Shown here: piece after piece, positions 1 to 8,540 of the stretch | Layout of the letters: every line of letters begins with the position of its first letter | Position numbering within the stretch: the first letter of the stretch is position 1 | Assembly (NCBI GenBank): GCA_036376895.1 | Contig: DASUZL010000015.1 | Coordinates: forward strand, 1,030-65,029 | Source: Solirubrobacterales bacterium | GTDB taxonomy: Bacteria; Actinomycetota; Thermoleophilia; Solirubrobacterales; 70-9 | Length of the DNA stretch: 64,000 nucleotides | Direction: 5' to 3' | Program-made: the position numbers and the translations under genes | Notes under the pieces: model-generated | Database searches by the model: none | What the model saw: only the letters and a program-made list of their open reading frames with translations | Told to the model about the DNA's origin: nothing

Positions 1-500
1 CCGGCGAAGACCGGAATCACGAAGACGAAGATCATCAGCACCGCGTGGGTGGAGAAGAGGCTGTTGAAGGTGGCGGCGTCGACGATCTGGGTGCCCGGCT
101 GGGCCAGCTCGGCCCGGATCAGCATCGCCATCAGGCCGCCGATGAAGAAGAAGAAGAAGGTGGTGACGACGTACTGGATCCCGATGACCTTGTGGTCGGT
201 GTTGAAGCGGAAGTAGTCCTTCCAGCTGGTGGCGCCGTGCTGGGAGTGGTCGTCGGGGATGGTCGGCATCCCGGCGGCCCAACGCAGCCAGTAGTCGAAG
301 CAGCCGAAGCCGGCGAGGAAGCCGAGCGGGGCGAGGATCAGCGGCACGACGACATGCGGGTAGCCGGTCTGCTCGGTCTGGTAGATCGGCAGGTCGGAGA
401 TCGCCCGCAGGGCAATTACCAGGCCGAAGCCGAATGCGGCGGCGGCGAGCGCACCGAGCGCGCCTCGAATCCACCCCGGTCGCTTGATTGCAGCCACCAT
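1..500 (-). CDS. ctaD: cytochrome c oxidase subunit I, N-terminal part (gene continues past the left edge)
   Basis: Own minus-strand translation from ATG at 500: MVAAIKRPGW...SWKDYFRFNTDHKVIGIQYVVTTFFFFFIGGLMAMLIRAEL...FSTHAVLMIFVFVIPVFAG. These are the conserved first helices of haem-copper oxidase subunit I. It starts 13 nt after the subunit II stop. It is absent from the ORF track because it has no stop inside the window. Confidence 0.85.
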   Translation of the reverse strand, partial: MVAAIKRPGWIRGALGALAAAAFGFGLVIALRAISDLPIYQTEQTGYPHVVVPLILAPLGFLAGFGCFDYWLRWAAGMPTIPDDHSQHGATSWKDYFRFNTDHKVIGIQYVVTTFFFFFIGGLMAMLIRAELAQPGTQIVDAATFNSLFSTHAVLMIFVFVIPVFA

Positions 501-513
501 CAGATCGCCCCCA

Positions 514-1305
514 TTATGCCCCGCCCGCGTCCAGCGACACGGGGTCGGTCTCGGTGTCCTGCTTGATCGTCTCCAGCAGCGGATCCGGGATCTCGGTTTT
601 CAGCCCGTCGACCCATTTCTCGAAGTCCTCGGGCGACTCGACGACCACTTTGGCCCGCATCGCAGCGTGGCCGAAGCCGCAGAGCTCGGTGCAGATCAGC
701 TGGTAGGTGCCGACCTTGTTGGGCGTCACCGTCGCGGTCGTGGTGATGCCGGGCACGTTGTCTTTCTTGATCCGCCACTCGGGCACCCAAAAGGAGTGGA
801 TCACGTCCAGCGCGTGCATTTTGAACTGGACCTGGCGGTCGACCGGGACGTGCAGCTCACCCTCCGAGAAGGCCAGGTCTTTGCCCGGGTAGCCGAAGCT
901 CCATGCGTACTGCTGCGAGAAGACGTCGACGGTCATGGCGTCGTTGGCCTTGGCTTCGATGTCGTTGAGGACGAGCCAGCTGTAGATGCCGCCGAAGAGG
1001 ACGATGATCGTCGGAATCACGGTCCAGGCGACCTCGAGCTTGGTGTTGCCGTGGATCGGCTCGCCGTCGGACTCGTCGCCGGGCTTGGCTTTGAATTTCC
1101 AAAGCGCGTAGAAGAGCATCACGATGACCAGCGAGAAGACGAAGGCCGAGAGCACGATCATCACCGTCAGCAGGTCGTCGATCTTCGGAGCCGCGGTCGA
1201 GGCGCCCTCGCCGTTCCAGTTGATCGGCACCATCACCGCAGAAATGGCGACGGTCAACGCAATCGTGGCGGCGAACATCTTCGCTATTGGCAGGCGTCCG
1301 ATCAT
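514..1305 (-). CDS. ctaC: cytochrome c oxidase subunit II
   Basis: 263-aa ORF with two N-terminal TM helices followed by a cupredoxin domain. It carries the CuA ligands (HSFWVPEW ... CTELCGFGHAAM). It lies directly upstream of ctaD. Confidence 0.9.
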   Translation of the reverse strand: MIGRLPIAKMFAATIALTVAISAVMVPINWNGEGASTAAPKIDDLLTVMIVLSAFVFSLVIVMLFYALWKFKAKPGDESDGEPIHGNTKLEVAWTVIPTIIVLFGGIYSWLVLNDIEAKANDAMTVDVFSQQYAWSFGYPGKDLAFSEGELHVPVDRQVQFKMHALDVIHSFWVPEWRIKKDNVPGITTTATVTPNKVGTYQLICTELCGFGHAAMRAKVVVESPEDFEKWVDGLKTEIPDPLLETIKQDTETDPVSLDAGGA

Positions 1306-1373
1306 CGGGCGGCGGGGATTCTATTGATACGGCGGCGGGAGGTTTTCCCGCCCCAGGTGACGCTTGGCACGAG

Positions 1374-2714
1374 CTAAACGGGGCGCGGCAGCTCGTCCAG
1401 ATCCGCCGCCGCGGCAGCGAGCACGCCACGGGCCACGCCCTCCCAGCTCCACAGCCGTTGCACGGTGGCGACAAGCGTGGCACGAGCGCTTTCGCGCTCG
1501 GCCTCCGGCATGGCCAGCCAGGCGTCGAGACGGGAGGCGATCGCCTCCACCGCCCCGGGCTCGACCGGGAACGAGGTGAGGCCGGCGACCTCGTCCGGAA
1601 GGTCGGCAGCAAGCTGCCGCGAGACCTCGAGCATGCCCGAGTGCCCCGCCGAGACCGGCAGCGTGCCGCAGGCGGCCGCCTCCGCCGCAACCATGCCGAA
1701 CGCCTCGGGGAAGGTGCTCGGCATCACCAGCGCCTCGGCGTGAGGCAGCAGCTCCGCGACGGCGTCGTGCTCCAGCCGCCCGACAAACTCGATCGAGCCG
1801 GCCGCGACCTTCGCCGCCTCCGCGTATCCCTCAGGCGGATCGGCAAGGAAGGCCGAGAGGATCTTCAGCGGCTTCTCCTCCCCGCCCTCGAGCGCCCATC
1901 CCAGCCGGGCGACCTCGCGGGCGTCCTCGAGGTCGCCGCGCTCCAGTGCCCCGAGCAGGCGCCTCAGCCCGTCCTCGTACTCCCCGTAGCCGACGATTCG
2001 CAGCTTCGCGTCGGGACGCGCGGCTCGCACCAGCGGCCAGGCGGCAAGAAGTAGGTCGACCCCCTTGGAGACGATCAGCTTGCCGACGAAGACGATCATC
2101 CGCTCGCGAGAGCCCGACGGACGGAAGGCGTCGATGTCGACGCCTGGCGGGCCCAGGCGCGTCTTCGCCTCCAGGTCGGGGAGATCGGAAAGAGCAGCCC
2201 AGAGGGAGCGAGCCGTGTGGCCGGAGCCGACCAGCACCCCCGCAGCGGCCCGCATCCCTTCCTCGGCGTAGGGGAGGAACCGCGGGTGCGGTTTGACCGT
2301 GTACTCCAGAGCCGAGCCGTGGATCTTGGCGGCGAAGGGGGCAATGTCGGCGCGGGCGAGGATCGCCGGGCCCATCACCAGGTGGTTGGCAAGAGCGAAG
2401 TCGATGCCGCCCGCGTCAGCCGCGACCTCGCGGACAGCAGCGACGTTGGCCTCGATGTAGCGGTCGAGCTCCACCTCGGTCAGCTCCTCGAACGCCTTCA
2501 CCTCGAACCCCTCGTAGGGGTCCTTTACATAGACGGGCAGCAGACCGCAGATGTCGGGGTTGTGGATCTGGACGCCCTCCAACTCGACCTCGCGGTCCTG
2601 GCAGAGCAGGTGCACCTCGTGGCCGAGGCGGGCCAGCGCCGGCGCCAGATTGGCGTTGTAGATGTTGCTGCCGGTGCCGCGCAGCATGTATCCGTGGAAG
2701 AGGAGGACGCGCAT
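1374..2714 (-). CDS. GT-B fold glycosyltransferase (GT4-like)
   Basis: ORF 1374..2870 trimmed to the internal ATG at 2714 (MRVLLFHGYMLRGTGSNIYNANLAPALARLGHEVHLLCQD). The upstream 52 codons are Arg/Pro-rich shadow. The C-terminal half has the GT4-type motif PSTFPEAFGMVAAEAAACGTLPV. Confidence 0.75.
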   Translation of the reverse strand: MRVLLFHGYMLRGTGSNIYNANLAPALARLGHEVHLLCQDREVELEGVQIHNPDICGLLPVYVKDPYEGFEVKAFEELTEVELDRYIEANVAAVREVAADAGGIDFALANHLVMGPAILARADIAPFAAKIHGSALEYTVKPHPRFLPYAEEGMRAAAGVLVGSGHTARSLWAALSDLPDLEAKTRLGPPGVDIDAFRPSGSRERMIVFVGKLIVSKGVDLLLAAWPLVRAARPDAKLRIVGYGEYEDGLRRLLGALERGDLEDAREVARLGWALEGGEEKPLKILSAFLADPPEGYAEAAKVAAGSIEFVGRLEHDAVAELLPHAEALVMPSTFPEAFGMVAAEAAACGTLPVSAGHSGMLEVSRQLAADLPDEVAGLTSFPVEPGAVEAIASRLDAWLAMPEAERESARATLVATVQRLWSWEGVARGVLAAAAADLDELPRPV

Positions 2715-2746
2715 CGCTGCCGCCCAACCTAATAATCTCTCCGGCG

Positions 2747-3010
2747 ATGCACGACCGACAGCTCTACAGGATGCGCTCCAAAGCCTCCGGCCGAGAGGCA
2801 ATCGCCGAGGCCGAGCCCGGCAAGATCTACGTCGACCGCGAGACCGGCGAGGAGATGGAGCCAGTGGCAATGGTCCTCCCCCTCGCCCCCTCCGCCTCAG
2901 CCCTCCCCCGCACCCCGGCCAACCTCCGCTCCTGCCGCCGCTGCGACCAGCTAATCGGCCTCGACGTCAGCGACTGCCCGTACTGCGGCCTGCGCCAGAG
3001 CGCCCTCTAG
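2747..3010 (+). CDS. small zinc-ribbon protein (hypothetical)
   Basis: 87-aa ORF with high G/C third positions. C-terminal CxxC-x11-CxxC (CRRCDQLIGLDVSDCPYCG). Confidence 0.4.
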   Translation: MHDRQLYRMRSKASGREAIAEAEPGKIYVDRETGEEMEPVAMVLPLAPSASALPRTPANLRSCRRCDQLIGLDVSDCPYCGLRQSAL

Positions 3011-3449
3011 CGCCCGCGCGCTCCTCTTTCTCGAGAGCCTTTTCGAGCGCGAGGTCCCGCCGCAGGGCTATCGCAATCAGCCCCGTGCCGATCAAGATAG
3101 CGCCGGTTTCCCCGGTTCCCGTCACGCCCACGAGGACCCAAAGCACCAGCGTCATCACAACCACAGTCCGCCAGTCATCTAAGACAAAACGTTGCATGTT
3201 CACCAAGCCTAGCTGAATGGCGAGGGAGAGTAGATAGAAGCCCAGGCCCAACCCGAAGCCGATGCGGCCCGCCCTGATGATCCAACGGTCGCGCCGCTTT
3301 GCAGGGCGTGCCGGCACGAACACGCCGGCAAGGACGCCTCCAGCCCCTGCAAGCACGAAGGGAAGGCTGAGCCCGATGCTCTCCGGCACCGGGCTCTCAA
3401 CCCTGGGCAGGAGGGCTCCGGCGAGCAGCGCGACAAACACAAGCGGCAC
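2967..3449 (-). CDS. hypothetical integral membrane protein
   Basis: 160-aa ORF with about 4 hydrophobic segments and no recognisable family. Its 3' end converges on and overlaps the zinc-ribbon ORF, so the boundaries are uncertain. Confidence 0.4.
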   Translation of the reverse strand: MPLVFVALLAGALLPRVESPVPESIGLSLPFVLAGAGGVLAGVFVPARPAKRRDRWIIRAGRIGFGLGLGFYLLSLAIQLGLVNMQRFVLDDWRTVVVMTLVLWVLVGVTGTGETGAILIGTGLIAIALRRDLALEKALEKEERAGARGRSGAGRSTGSR

Positions 3450-3517
3450 ACCGCCGATGCTGGCCGGACAAAGCGCACGCGTGGCGCGCGCTTTCTAAGA
3501 ATTCTGCCGCGAAAGTC

Positions 3518-4282
3518 CTACGGTTTTTTCACGAGCGTCGCGGTGTAAAGCAACCGCGCGTTCGAGTAGTAGCAACCGTAGGTCTTGATTTTGCCCACGC
3601 CCTGCTGGGGGTGGCCACCTTGGATGTCTTCCTTGGAAGAGCAGTGTTCGGGGAGGCGGCTGCCGCGCCAGGTGTTGTCGGCGTCGACGTTGAAGGCGAA
3701 CATCGGGGCCCAGGTGGGGATCGTCAGCGCCACTACCTGACCCTGCAGCACGGTCAGCGGGTGGTCGAGGGCGAAGATCGGGGTGGTGCCGAAGTAGGGG
3801 TTGAGCGTCTCCACGGGGCCCTGGCGGACGAGGGTGTATTTGGGCGGTTTCGATTCCTCGACCGGGCGCAGGACCGCGATCCGGGCCTGCGAGGGGGCAC
3901 CGAGGAAGTCGTTGAAGAAGCCGACCTCGTTGGTGGTCGTCTCCGATTCCGTGGTCGAGGGCTTGGCGAGGGTGATCGACCAGGCGACGATTTTGCCTTC
4001 GAAAGGAGCCTCGTAGGGACGGGCGACGCCGCCGGCGAGCGACTGGAACCCGGTCACGTGTCCCTCCACCCGGCAGGGAATGACCTCGACGTTGTTGACC
4101 GTTTTGCCCGGGCACGACGCAGGCGGCGTTTCCGCCGTCTGGCCGAGCACGATCGAGGTCAGCGGGGCCGAGTCGGCGTCGCCGGGGGCGGCGACCGCGA
4201 CCAGGGCCGCGAAGGCACAGGCGGCCGCGACCATCAGCGCCCAGGAGCGGCGGGTTCGGGTTTTCGTCTCTATAAGTGGCAT
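3518..4282 (-). CDS. secreted hypothetical protein
   Basis: ORF 3518..4384 trimmed to the internal ATG at 4282, which gives a signal-peptide-like N-terminus (MPLIETKTRTRRSWALMVAAACAFAALVAVAAPGDA). No family recognised. Confidence 0.5.
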   Translation of the reverse strand: MPLIETKTRTRRSWALMVAAACAFAALVAVAAPGDADSAPLTSIVLGQTAETPPASCPGKTVNNVEVIPCRVEGHVTGFQSLAGGVARPYEAPFEGKIVAWSITLAKPSTTESETTTNEVGFFNDFLGAPSQARIAVLRPVEESKPPKYTLVRQGPVETLNPYFGTTPIFALDHPLTVLQGQVVALTIPTWAPMFAFNVDADNTWRGSRLPEHCSSKEDIQGGHPQQGVGKIKTYGCYYSNARLLYTATLVKKP

Positions 4283-4407
4283 CAAGCAGGGAACACGGGG
4301 CCAGAAGCCCAGTTGCGCCGCCAATCTTGCCTTCCGCGCCGGGGGAATGCGGGCCGCCCGGCCCGTTTGCACGATCCCCGCCATTTCCGGCCTGGAGGGA
4401 CTAGGTA

Positions 4408-4626
4408 GTGTTGCCGACGCCGATGGAGGCCTCGAACCGCGCAGACGATTTCATTCCCGCCGGTCTCGCCTCCCTCGGGATCGAGGCCGACGAGATCGAG
4501 ATGGCCGTGATCGGCGCCGCCCATGGCATGTTCTGGCCGGCGATCCTGGAACTGCTCGAGCTCGACACCGAGGGTGCCGCGCCGATGCTCGCCGCCGACC
4601 TCTCCCAACCCCCGGCCAGCGCGTGA
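4408..4626 (+). CDS. 72-aa protein coupled to the amidase (possible AtzG/GatC-like small subunit)
   Basis: GTG start at 4408 preceded by GGAGGG (4394..4399). Its TGA stop overlaps the amidase GTG start (GTGA at 4623..4626). The acidic helical sequence ...LASLGIEADEIEMAVIGAAHGMFWPAILELLELD... is present. Confidence 0.5.
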   Translation: MLPTPMEASNRADDFIPAGLASLGIEADEIEMAVIGAAHGMFWPAILELLELDTEGAAPMLAADLSQPPASA

Positions 4627-5993
4627 GCGCCCTCGACCTCTCCCTGCGCGCCCAGGCGGCGGCGATCGCCGCCGGCGAGGCCGACCCGGCGCAACTGCTG
4701 GAGGAGACGCTGGAGCGGATCGGCCAGCGCAACCCGACGCTGAACGCCGTCGTAGAGACCTTCCCCGAGCGCTCGGGCGAGATGCTGGCAGCGGCGCCCG
4801 AGGGCCCGCTGCGCGGCGTCCCGGTCGTGATCAAGGACGAGTGGCCGCTGCCCTGGCGCGCCCAGCGCTTCGGCGCCGCCGAGATGCTCGCCCCCTCCGC
4901 CCCGGCCGAGTCCGGCCCCTACCGCGCCCTGCGCGACGCCGGCGCGGTGATCGTCGGGGTCGGCAACATGCACGAGCTCGGCGCGGGCAGCACCGGCAAC
5001 ATCTCCGTCTACGGACCCGCCTGCAACCCCTGGAACCCCGAGCGCTGCCCGGGCGGCTCCTCCAGCGGTCCCGCCGCCGCCGTCTCGGCACGGATGGTCG
5101 CCGGCGCGGTCGGCGCCGACGGGATCGGCTCGATCCGCTTCCCCGCCGCCTACTGCGGCCTGACCGGGCTGAAGCCGACCTTCGGCCGCGCCGCGATGGC
5201 CGGCCACCACATGGCCGAGGTCTCGACCACGATCGTCTCCGGCCCGCTCTGCGCCGACGCCGCCGACAGCCGCCTGCTCGCCTCCGCCCTGTTCGGCGAG
5301 CCGCTCGCGGCCGGCGGGGCGCGCGGCCTGCGCATCGGCATCGTCCGCGACACCGTCACCGACGACGTCGACCCGGCCGTGCGCGACGCCTGCGAGGAGG
5401 CGATCCGGGCGCTCGCCGAGGAGACCGGCGGCGAGCTGGTCGAGGTCGAGCTCGCCGACATCGAGCCGGCGGCGCTGGCGACGGTCCTGATCGCCAACAC
5501 CGAGGGCCTCACCGGCCTCACCCCGCAGCGCCTCAACGGCCTCGACCCGGAGCTGAGCCCGCTCGGCCGCGGCCTGCTCAAGTACCGGATGCTGCTGCCG
5601 GCCGCCGCCAGCATCAAGGCCCACTCGGTGCGCACGCTGATGCGCCGCCGCGTCGCCGCCGCCTTCGCCGAGGTCGACGTGATCGCCTGGCCGACCGTGC
5701 CCGCGGTGGCGCCGCCGCTGGCCGCGCCGCTGGTCGAGCTGCCCTCCGGCACCCTCACCGCCGACGCCGCCAACGTGCGCGGCGCTGGCCTCGCCAACCT
5801 CACCGGCATCCCCTCGGTCAGCGTCCCGGTCGGGCTCTCCGAGGGCCTGCCGATCGGCCTGCAGTTGCAGGCCGCCTGGGGCGAGGACGAGCTGCTGCTC
5901 GACGCCGCCGAGGCCCTGGAGCGGGCCAACGGGCGGCGCTGGGTCGACTCGCTGCCGCCGCTGGCGCGAGCCGCCGAGACGACGGAGGCGTAA
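4623..5993 (+). CDS. amidase-signature family amidohydrolase (GatA/AtzE-like)
   Basis: C-terminal 456 codons of ORF 4080..5993, from the in-frame GTG at 4623. Contains the amidase signature ...GVPVVIKDE...GNMHELGAGSTGN...PGGSSSGPAAAVSA...GSIRFPAAYCGLTGLKPTFGR. Confidence 0.85.
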   Translation: MSALDLSLRAQAAAIAAGEADPAQLLEETLERIGQRNPTLNAVVETFPERSGEMLAAAPEGPLRGVPVVIKDEWPLPWRAQRFGAAEMLAPSAPAESGPYRALRDAGAVIVGVGNMHELGAGSTGNISVYGPACNPWNPERCPGGSSSGPAAAVSARMVAGAVGADGIGSIRFPAAYCGLTGLKPTFGRAAMAGHHMAEVSTTIVSGPLCADAADSRLLASALFGEPLAAGGARGLRIGIVRDTVTDDVDPAVRDACEEAIRALAEETGGELVEVELADIEPAALATVLIANTEGLTGLTPQRLNGLDPELSPLGRGLLKYRMLLPAAASIKAHSVRTLMRRRVAAAFAEVDVIAWPTVPAVAPPLAAPLVELPSGTLTADAANVRGAGLANLTGIPSVSVPVGLSEGLPIGLQLQAAWGEDELLLDAAEALERANGRRWVDSLPPLARAAETTEA

Positions 5994-5995
5994 CC

Positions 5996-6967
5996 GTGGC
6001 GGCGATCGCGGTCGAGGGCCTGGAGCGTGCCTTCGGTGAGGTCCTGGCCGTACAGGGGATCTCGATCTCGGTCGACGAGGGCGAGATCTACGGCTTCCTC
6101 GGCCCCAATGGCGCCGGCAAGACGACGACGGTGCGGATGCTGACGACGCTGCTGCTGCCGACCGGCGGTCGCGCCGAGGTCGCCGGCCACGACGTCGTCA
6201 AGGAGGCGCGCGCGGTGCGCGCCTCGATCGGAGTCGCCCTGCAGGAAGCAGCGCTTGACCCGCTGATGACGGGGCGCGAGCTGATCCGCCTGCAGGCGAC
6301 GCTGCAGGGGCTGCCGACGACCGAGGGTCGCCGCCGCGCCGACTCCCTGCTGGAACGGGTCGAGCTGACCGCCGCCGCCGACCGCCGCGTCGGCACCTAC
6401 TCGGGCGGGATGCAGCGCCGCCTCGACCTCGCCGCGGCGCTGGTGCACGAACCGCGGGTGCTGTTCCTCGACGAGCCGACCACCGGCCTCGACCCGGTCA
6501 GCCGCAAAACGATCTGGGAGGAGGTGCGGGCGCTGAACGACGACGGCACCACCGTCTTCCTCACCACCCAGTACCTCGAGGAGGCCGACCAGCTGGCCGA
6601 CAACGTCGGGATCATCGACAGCGGCCGGATCGTCGCCGAAGGCACGCCGGAGTCGCTGAAGGCGGAAATCGGCCGCCCCCACATCGAGCTGCAACTGGCC
6701 GAGGGCTCGATCGCCCAGGCCGAGCAGGCCTGCGCCGAGATCGGCCGCCTGCTGCCGCCCAAGGACGGGCGCAAGGTCCTGGTCGAGGTCGAGAACGGCG
6801 CCGCCGACATCCCCCGCGTGGTCCGTGCCCTCGACGAGGCCGGGATCGGGGTCGAGTCGCTGGAGCTGGTGCGGCCGACCCTCGACGACGTCTTCGTCGC
6901 CAAGACCGGCTACCACCTCGCCGAGGAGAGCGAGGAGAACGCCGAGCAGGAGCCGGCGGAGGCGTGA
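5996..6967 (+). CDS. ABC transporter ATP-binding protein (DrrA/ABC-2 exporter type)
   Basis: The C-terminal part of ORF 4523..6967 starts at GTG 5996, with GGAGG 8 nt upstream. Walker A GPNGAGKTT, signature YSGGMQRR and Walker B LFLDEPTTGLD are present. Confidence 0.9.
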   Translation: MAAIAVEGLERAFGEVLAVQGISISVDEGEIYGFLGPNGAGKTTTVRMLTTLLLPTGGRAEVAGHDVVKEARAVRASIGVALQEAALDPLMTGRELIRLQATLQGLPTTEGRRRADSLLERVELTAAADRRVGTYSGGMQRRLDLAAALVHEPRVLFLDEPTTGLDPVSRKTIWEEVRALNDDGTTVFLTTQYLEEADQLADNVGIIDSGRIVAEGTPESLKAEIGRPHIELQLAEGSIAQAEQACAEIGRLLPPKDGRKVLVEVENGAADIPRVVRALDEAGIGVESLELVRPTLDDVFVAKTGYHLAEESEENAEQEPAEA

Positions 6968-7749
6968 GCTCGCTCGCCACCAACGCCCGCGTGATCAGGG
7001 CGCTGGGCATGCGCTCGATCCGCCAGACCTTCCGCCGCCCGCAGCTCATTGCCCCGATCGTCGTCTTCCCCACCCTGCTGCTGGCGATCCAGACCGGCGG
7101 CGCCGGCGGCGCGGTCGAACTGCCCGGCTTCCCGCCGGTCCAGAGCTTCCTCCAGTTCATGCTCGCCGGGGCGATGATGCAGTCGCTGATGCTGGCCGGC
7201 AACAGCGGCGGCATCGCCCTCGCCGTCGACATCGAGATGGGCTTCACCGACCGCCTCTTCTCGGCCCCGATCCCGCGCTTCGCGATCGTTCTCGGCCGCC
7301 TCGCCGGCGTCGCCGCGCTCGGCCTCTTCGCCTCGATCTGGTTCCTCGCGATCGGGCTCGTCTTCGGCGCCACGATCGAAGGCGGCGTGCCCGGTGCGCT
7401 GCTGGCGATGGGCCTGGTCACCGCCGCGGCGCTGGCGATCGGCGGCATCGGCGCCGCGATCGCGCTGCGCACCGGCAGCGCCAGCGTCGTCCAGGGCCTC
7501 TTCCCGCTGGTCCTCGTCGTCCTCTTCCTCTCCTCCGCCTTCTTCCCCCAGGAACTGATGATCGAGCCGGCGAAGACGATCGCCGAGTACAACCCGCTGA
7601 GCTTCGTCGCCGAAGGCGTGCGCGAGCCGATCATCTCCGGGATCGACGCCGCCGACACGCTCTACGCGGTGCTGGCGATCCTCGGCATCGTCATCCTCGG
7701 GCTCGTGCTCAGCGCCCGCGCCCTGCGACACCGGCTGCGGGTGGGCTGA
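6964..7749 (+). CDS. ABC-2 type transporter permease
   Basis: 261-aa polytopic membrane ORF. The GTG start overlaps the ATPase stop (GTGA). Confidence 0.8.
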   Translation: MSSLATNARVIRALGMRSIRQTFRRPQLIAPIVVFPTLLLAIQTGGAGGAVELPGFPPVQSFLQFMLAGAMMQSLMLAGNSGGIALAVDIEMGFTDRLFSAPIPRFAIVLGRLAGVAALGLFASIWFLAIGLVFGATIEGGVPGALLAMGLVTAAALAIGGIGAAIALRTGSASVVQGLFPLVLVVLFLSSAFFPQELMIEPAKTIAEYNPLSFVAEGVREPIISGIDAADTLYAVLAILGIVILGLVLSARALRHRLRVG

Positions 7750-8540
7750 TGGAAGCGACGCTGAAGATCCCCGCCTGGCGCGCCAACCTGGCGACGATCG
7801 CGGCGATGATGACCCGCGCCCGCAACGAGCTGGTGCGGGTGCCCGGGGCGGCGATCCCGGGGGTGCTGGCGCCGACGATCTTCTTCCTCGGCCTCAACGG
7901 CGTCTTCGGCGCCCTCACCCAGCTGCGCGGCTTCGACGTCAACGGTTACGAGAGCTTCATCGTCGCGGTCAGCATGCTGCAGGGGGCCGGCTTCACCGGC
8001 GCCGCCGCCGGCGTCAACCTCGCCCGCGACTACGAAGCCGGCTGGGTCGACCGCCTGCTCGTCTCCCCCGCCCCGCGCTGGGTCCTGCTCGCCGGCACGG
8101 TGCTGGCGGCCAGCGCCCGGGCGCTGATCCCGGGCACCTTCGTCTTCGCGATCGCGATGGCGCTCGGCGCCCACTGGCCCGGCATCGGCGGCACGATCAT
8201 CTGCTTCACGATGGTGGTCGGGATGGCCGCCGTCGCCGCCTGCTGGGGATCGTTCCTGGCGCTGCGCTTCAAGAGCCAGTCGGCGGCGCCATTGATGCAG
8301 GCGGCGATGCTCGGCGTGATCATGCTGACCACCGCCTACGCGCCGCTGGCGCTGCTGCAGGGCTGGCTCCAGGACGTCGCCCGCCTCAACCCCGTCACCC
8401 AGGTGGTCGAAGCGGCGCGCCAGGGCTTCGTCGCCAGCGTCACCTGGGCCGAAACCTGGCCGGGACTGCTGGCCCTGGCGGGGCTGCTGGTGCTGCTCGG
8501 CGGGCTGGCCCTGCGCGAGATGAGGCGCACGGCGCTGTGA
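7749..8540 (+). CDS. ABC-2 type transporter permease (second subunit)
   Basis: The ATG at 7749 lies inside ORF 6825..8540 (MEATLKIPAWRANLATIAAMMTRARNELV...) and overlaps the previous stop. About 6 TM segments. Confidence 0.8.
   Translation: MEATLKIPAWRANLATIAAMMTRARNELVRVPGAAIPGVLAPTIFFLGLNGVFGALTQLRGFDVNGYESFIVAVSMLQGAGFTGAAAGVNLARDYEAGWVDRLLVSPAPRWVLLAGTVLAASARALIPGTFVFAIAMALGAHWPGIGGTIICFTMVVGMAAVAACWGSFLALRFKSQSAAPLMQAAMLGVIMLTTAYAPLALLQGWLQDVARLNPVTQVVEAARQGFVASVTWAETWPGLLALAGLLVLLGGLALREMRRTAL

Noticed and set aside
4523-5995. N-terminal 490 codons of the 814-aa ORF 4523..6967
   Set aside because: The translation is Arg/Pro/Gly-rich low complexity. It is an out-of-frame shadow of the amidase gene, which has clear family motifs. 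Only the part from GTG 5996 (the ABC ATPase) is credible.
5150-6916. 588-aa minus-strand ORF, with similar long antisense ORFs at 6612..7658, 6910..7731 and 8336..9409
   Set aside because: These are typical high-GC antisense shadow frames. They lack motifs, are Arg/Gly/Ala-rich, and are fully overlapped by plus-strand genes with Walker, ABC-2 and GH63 signatures.
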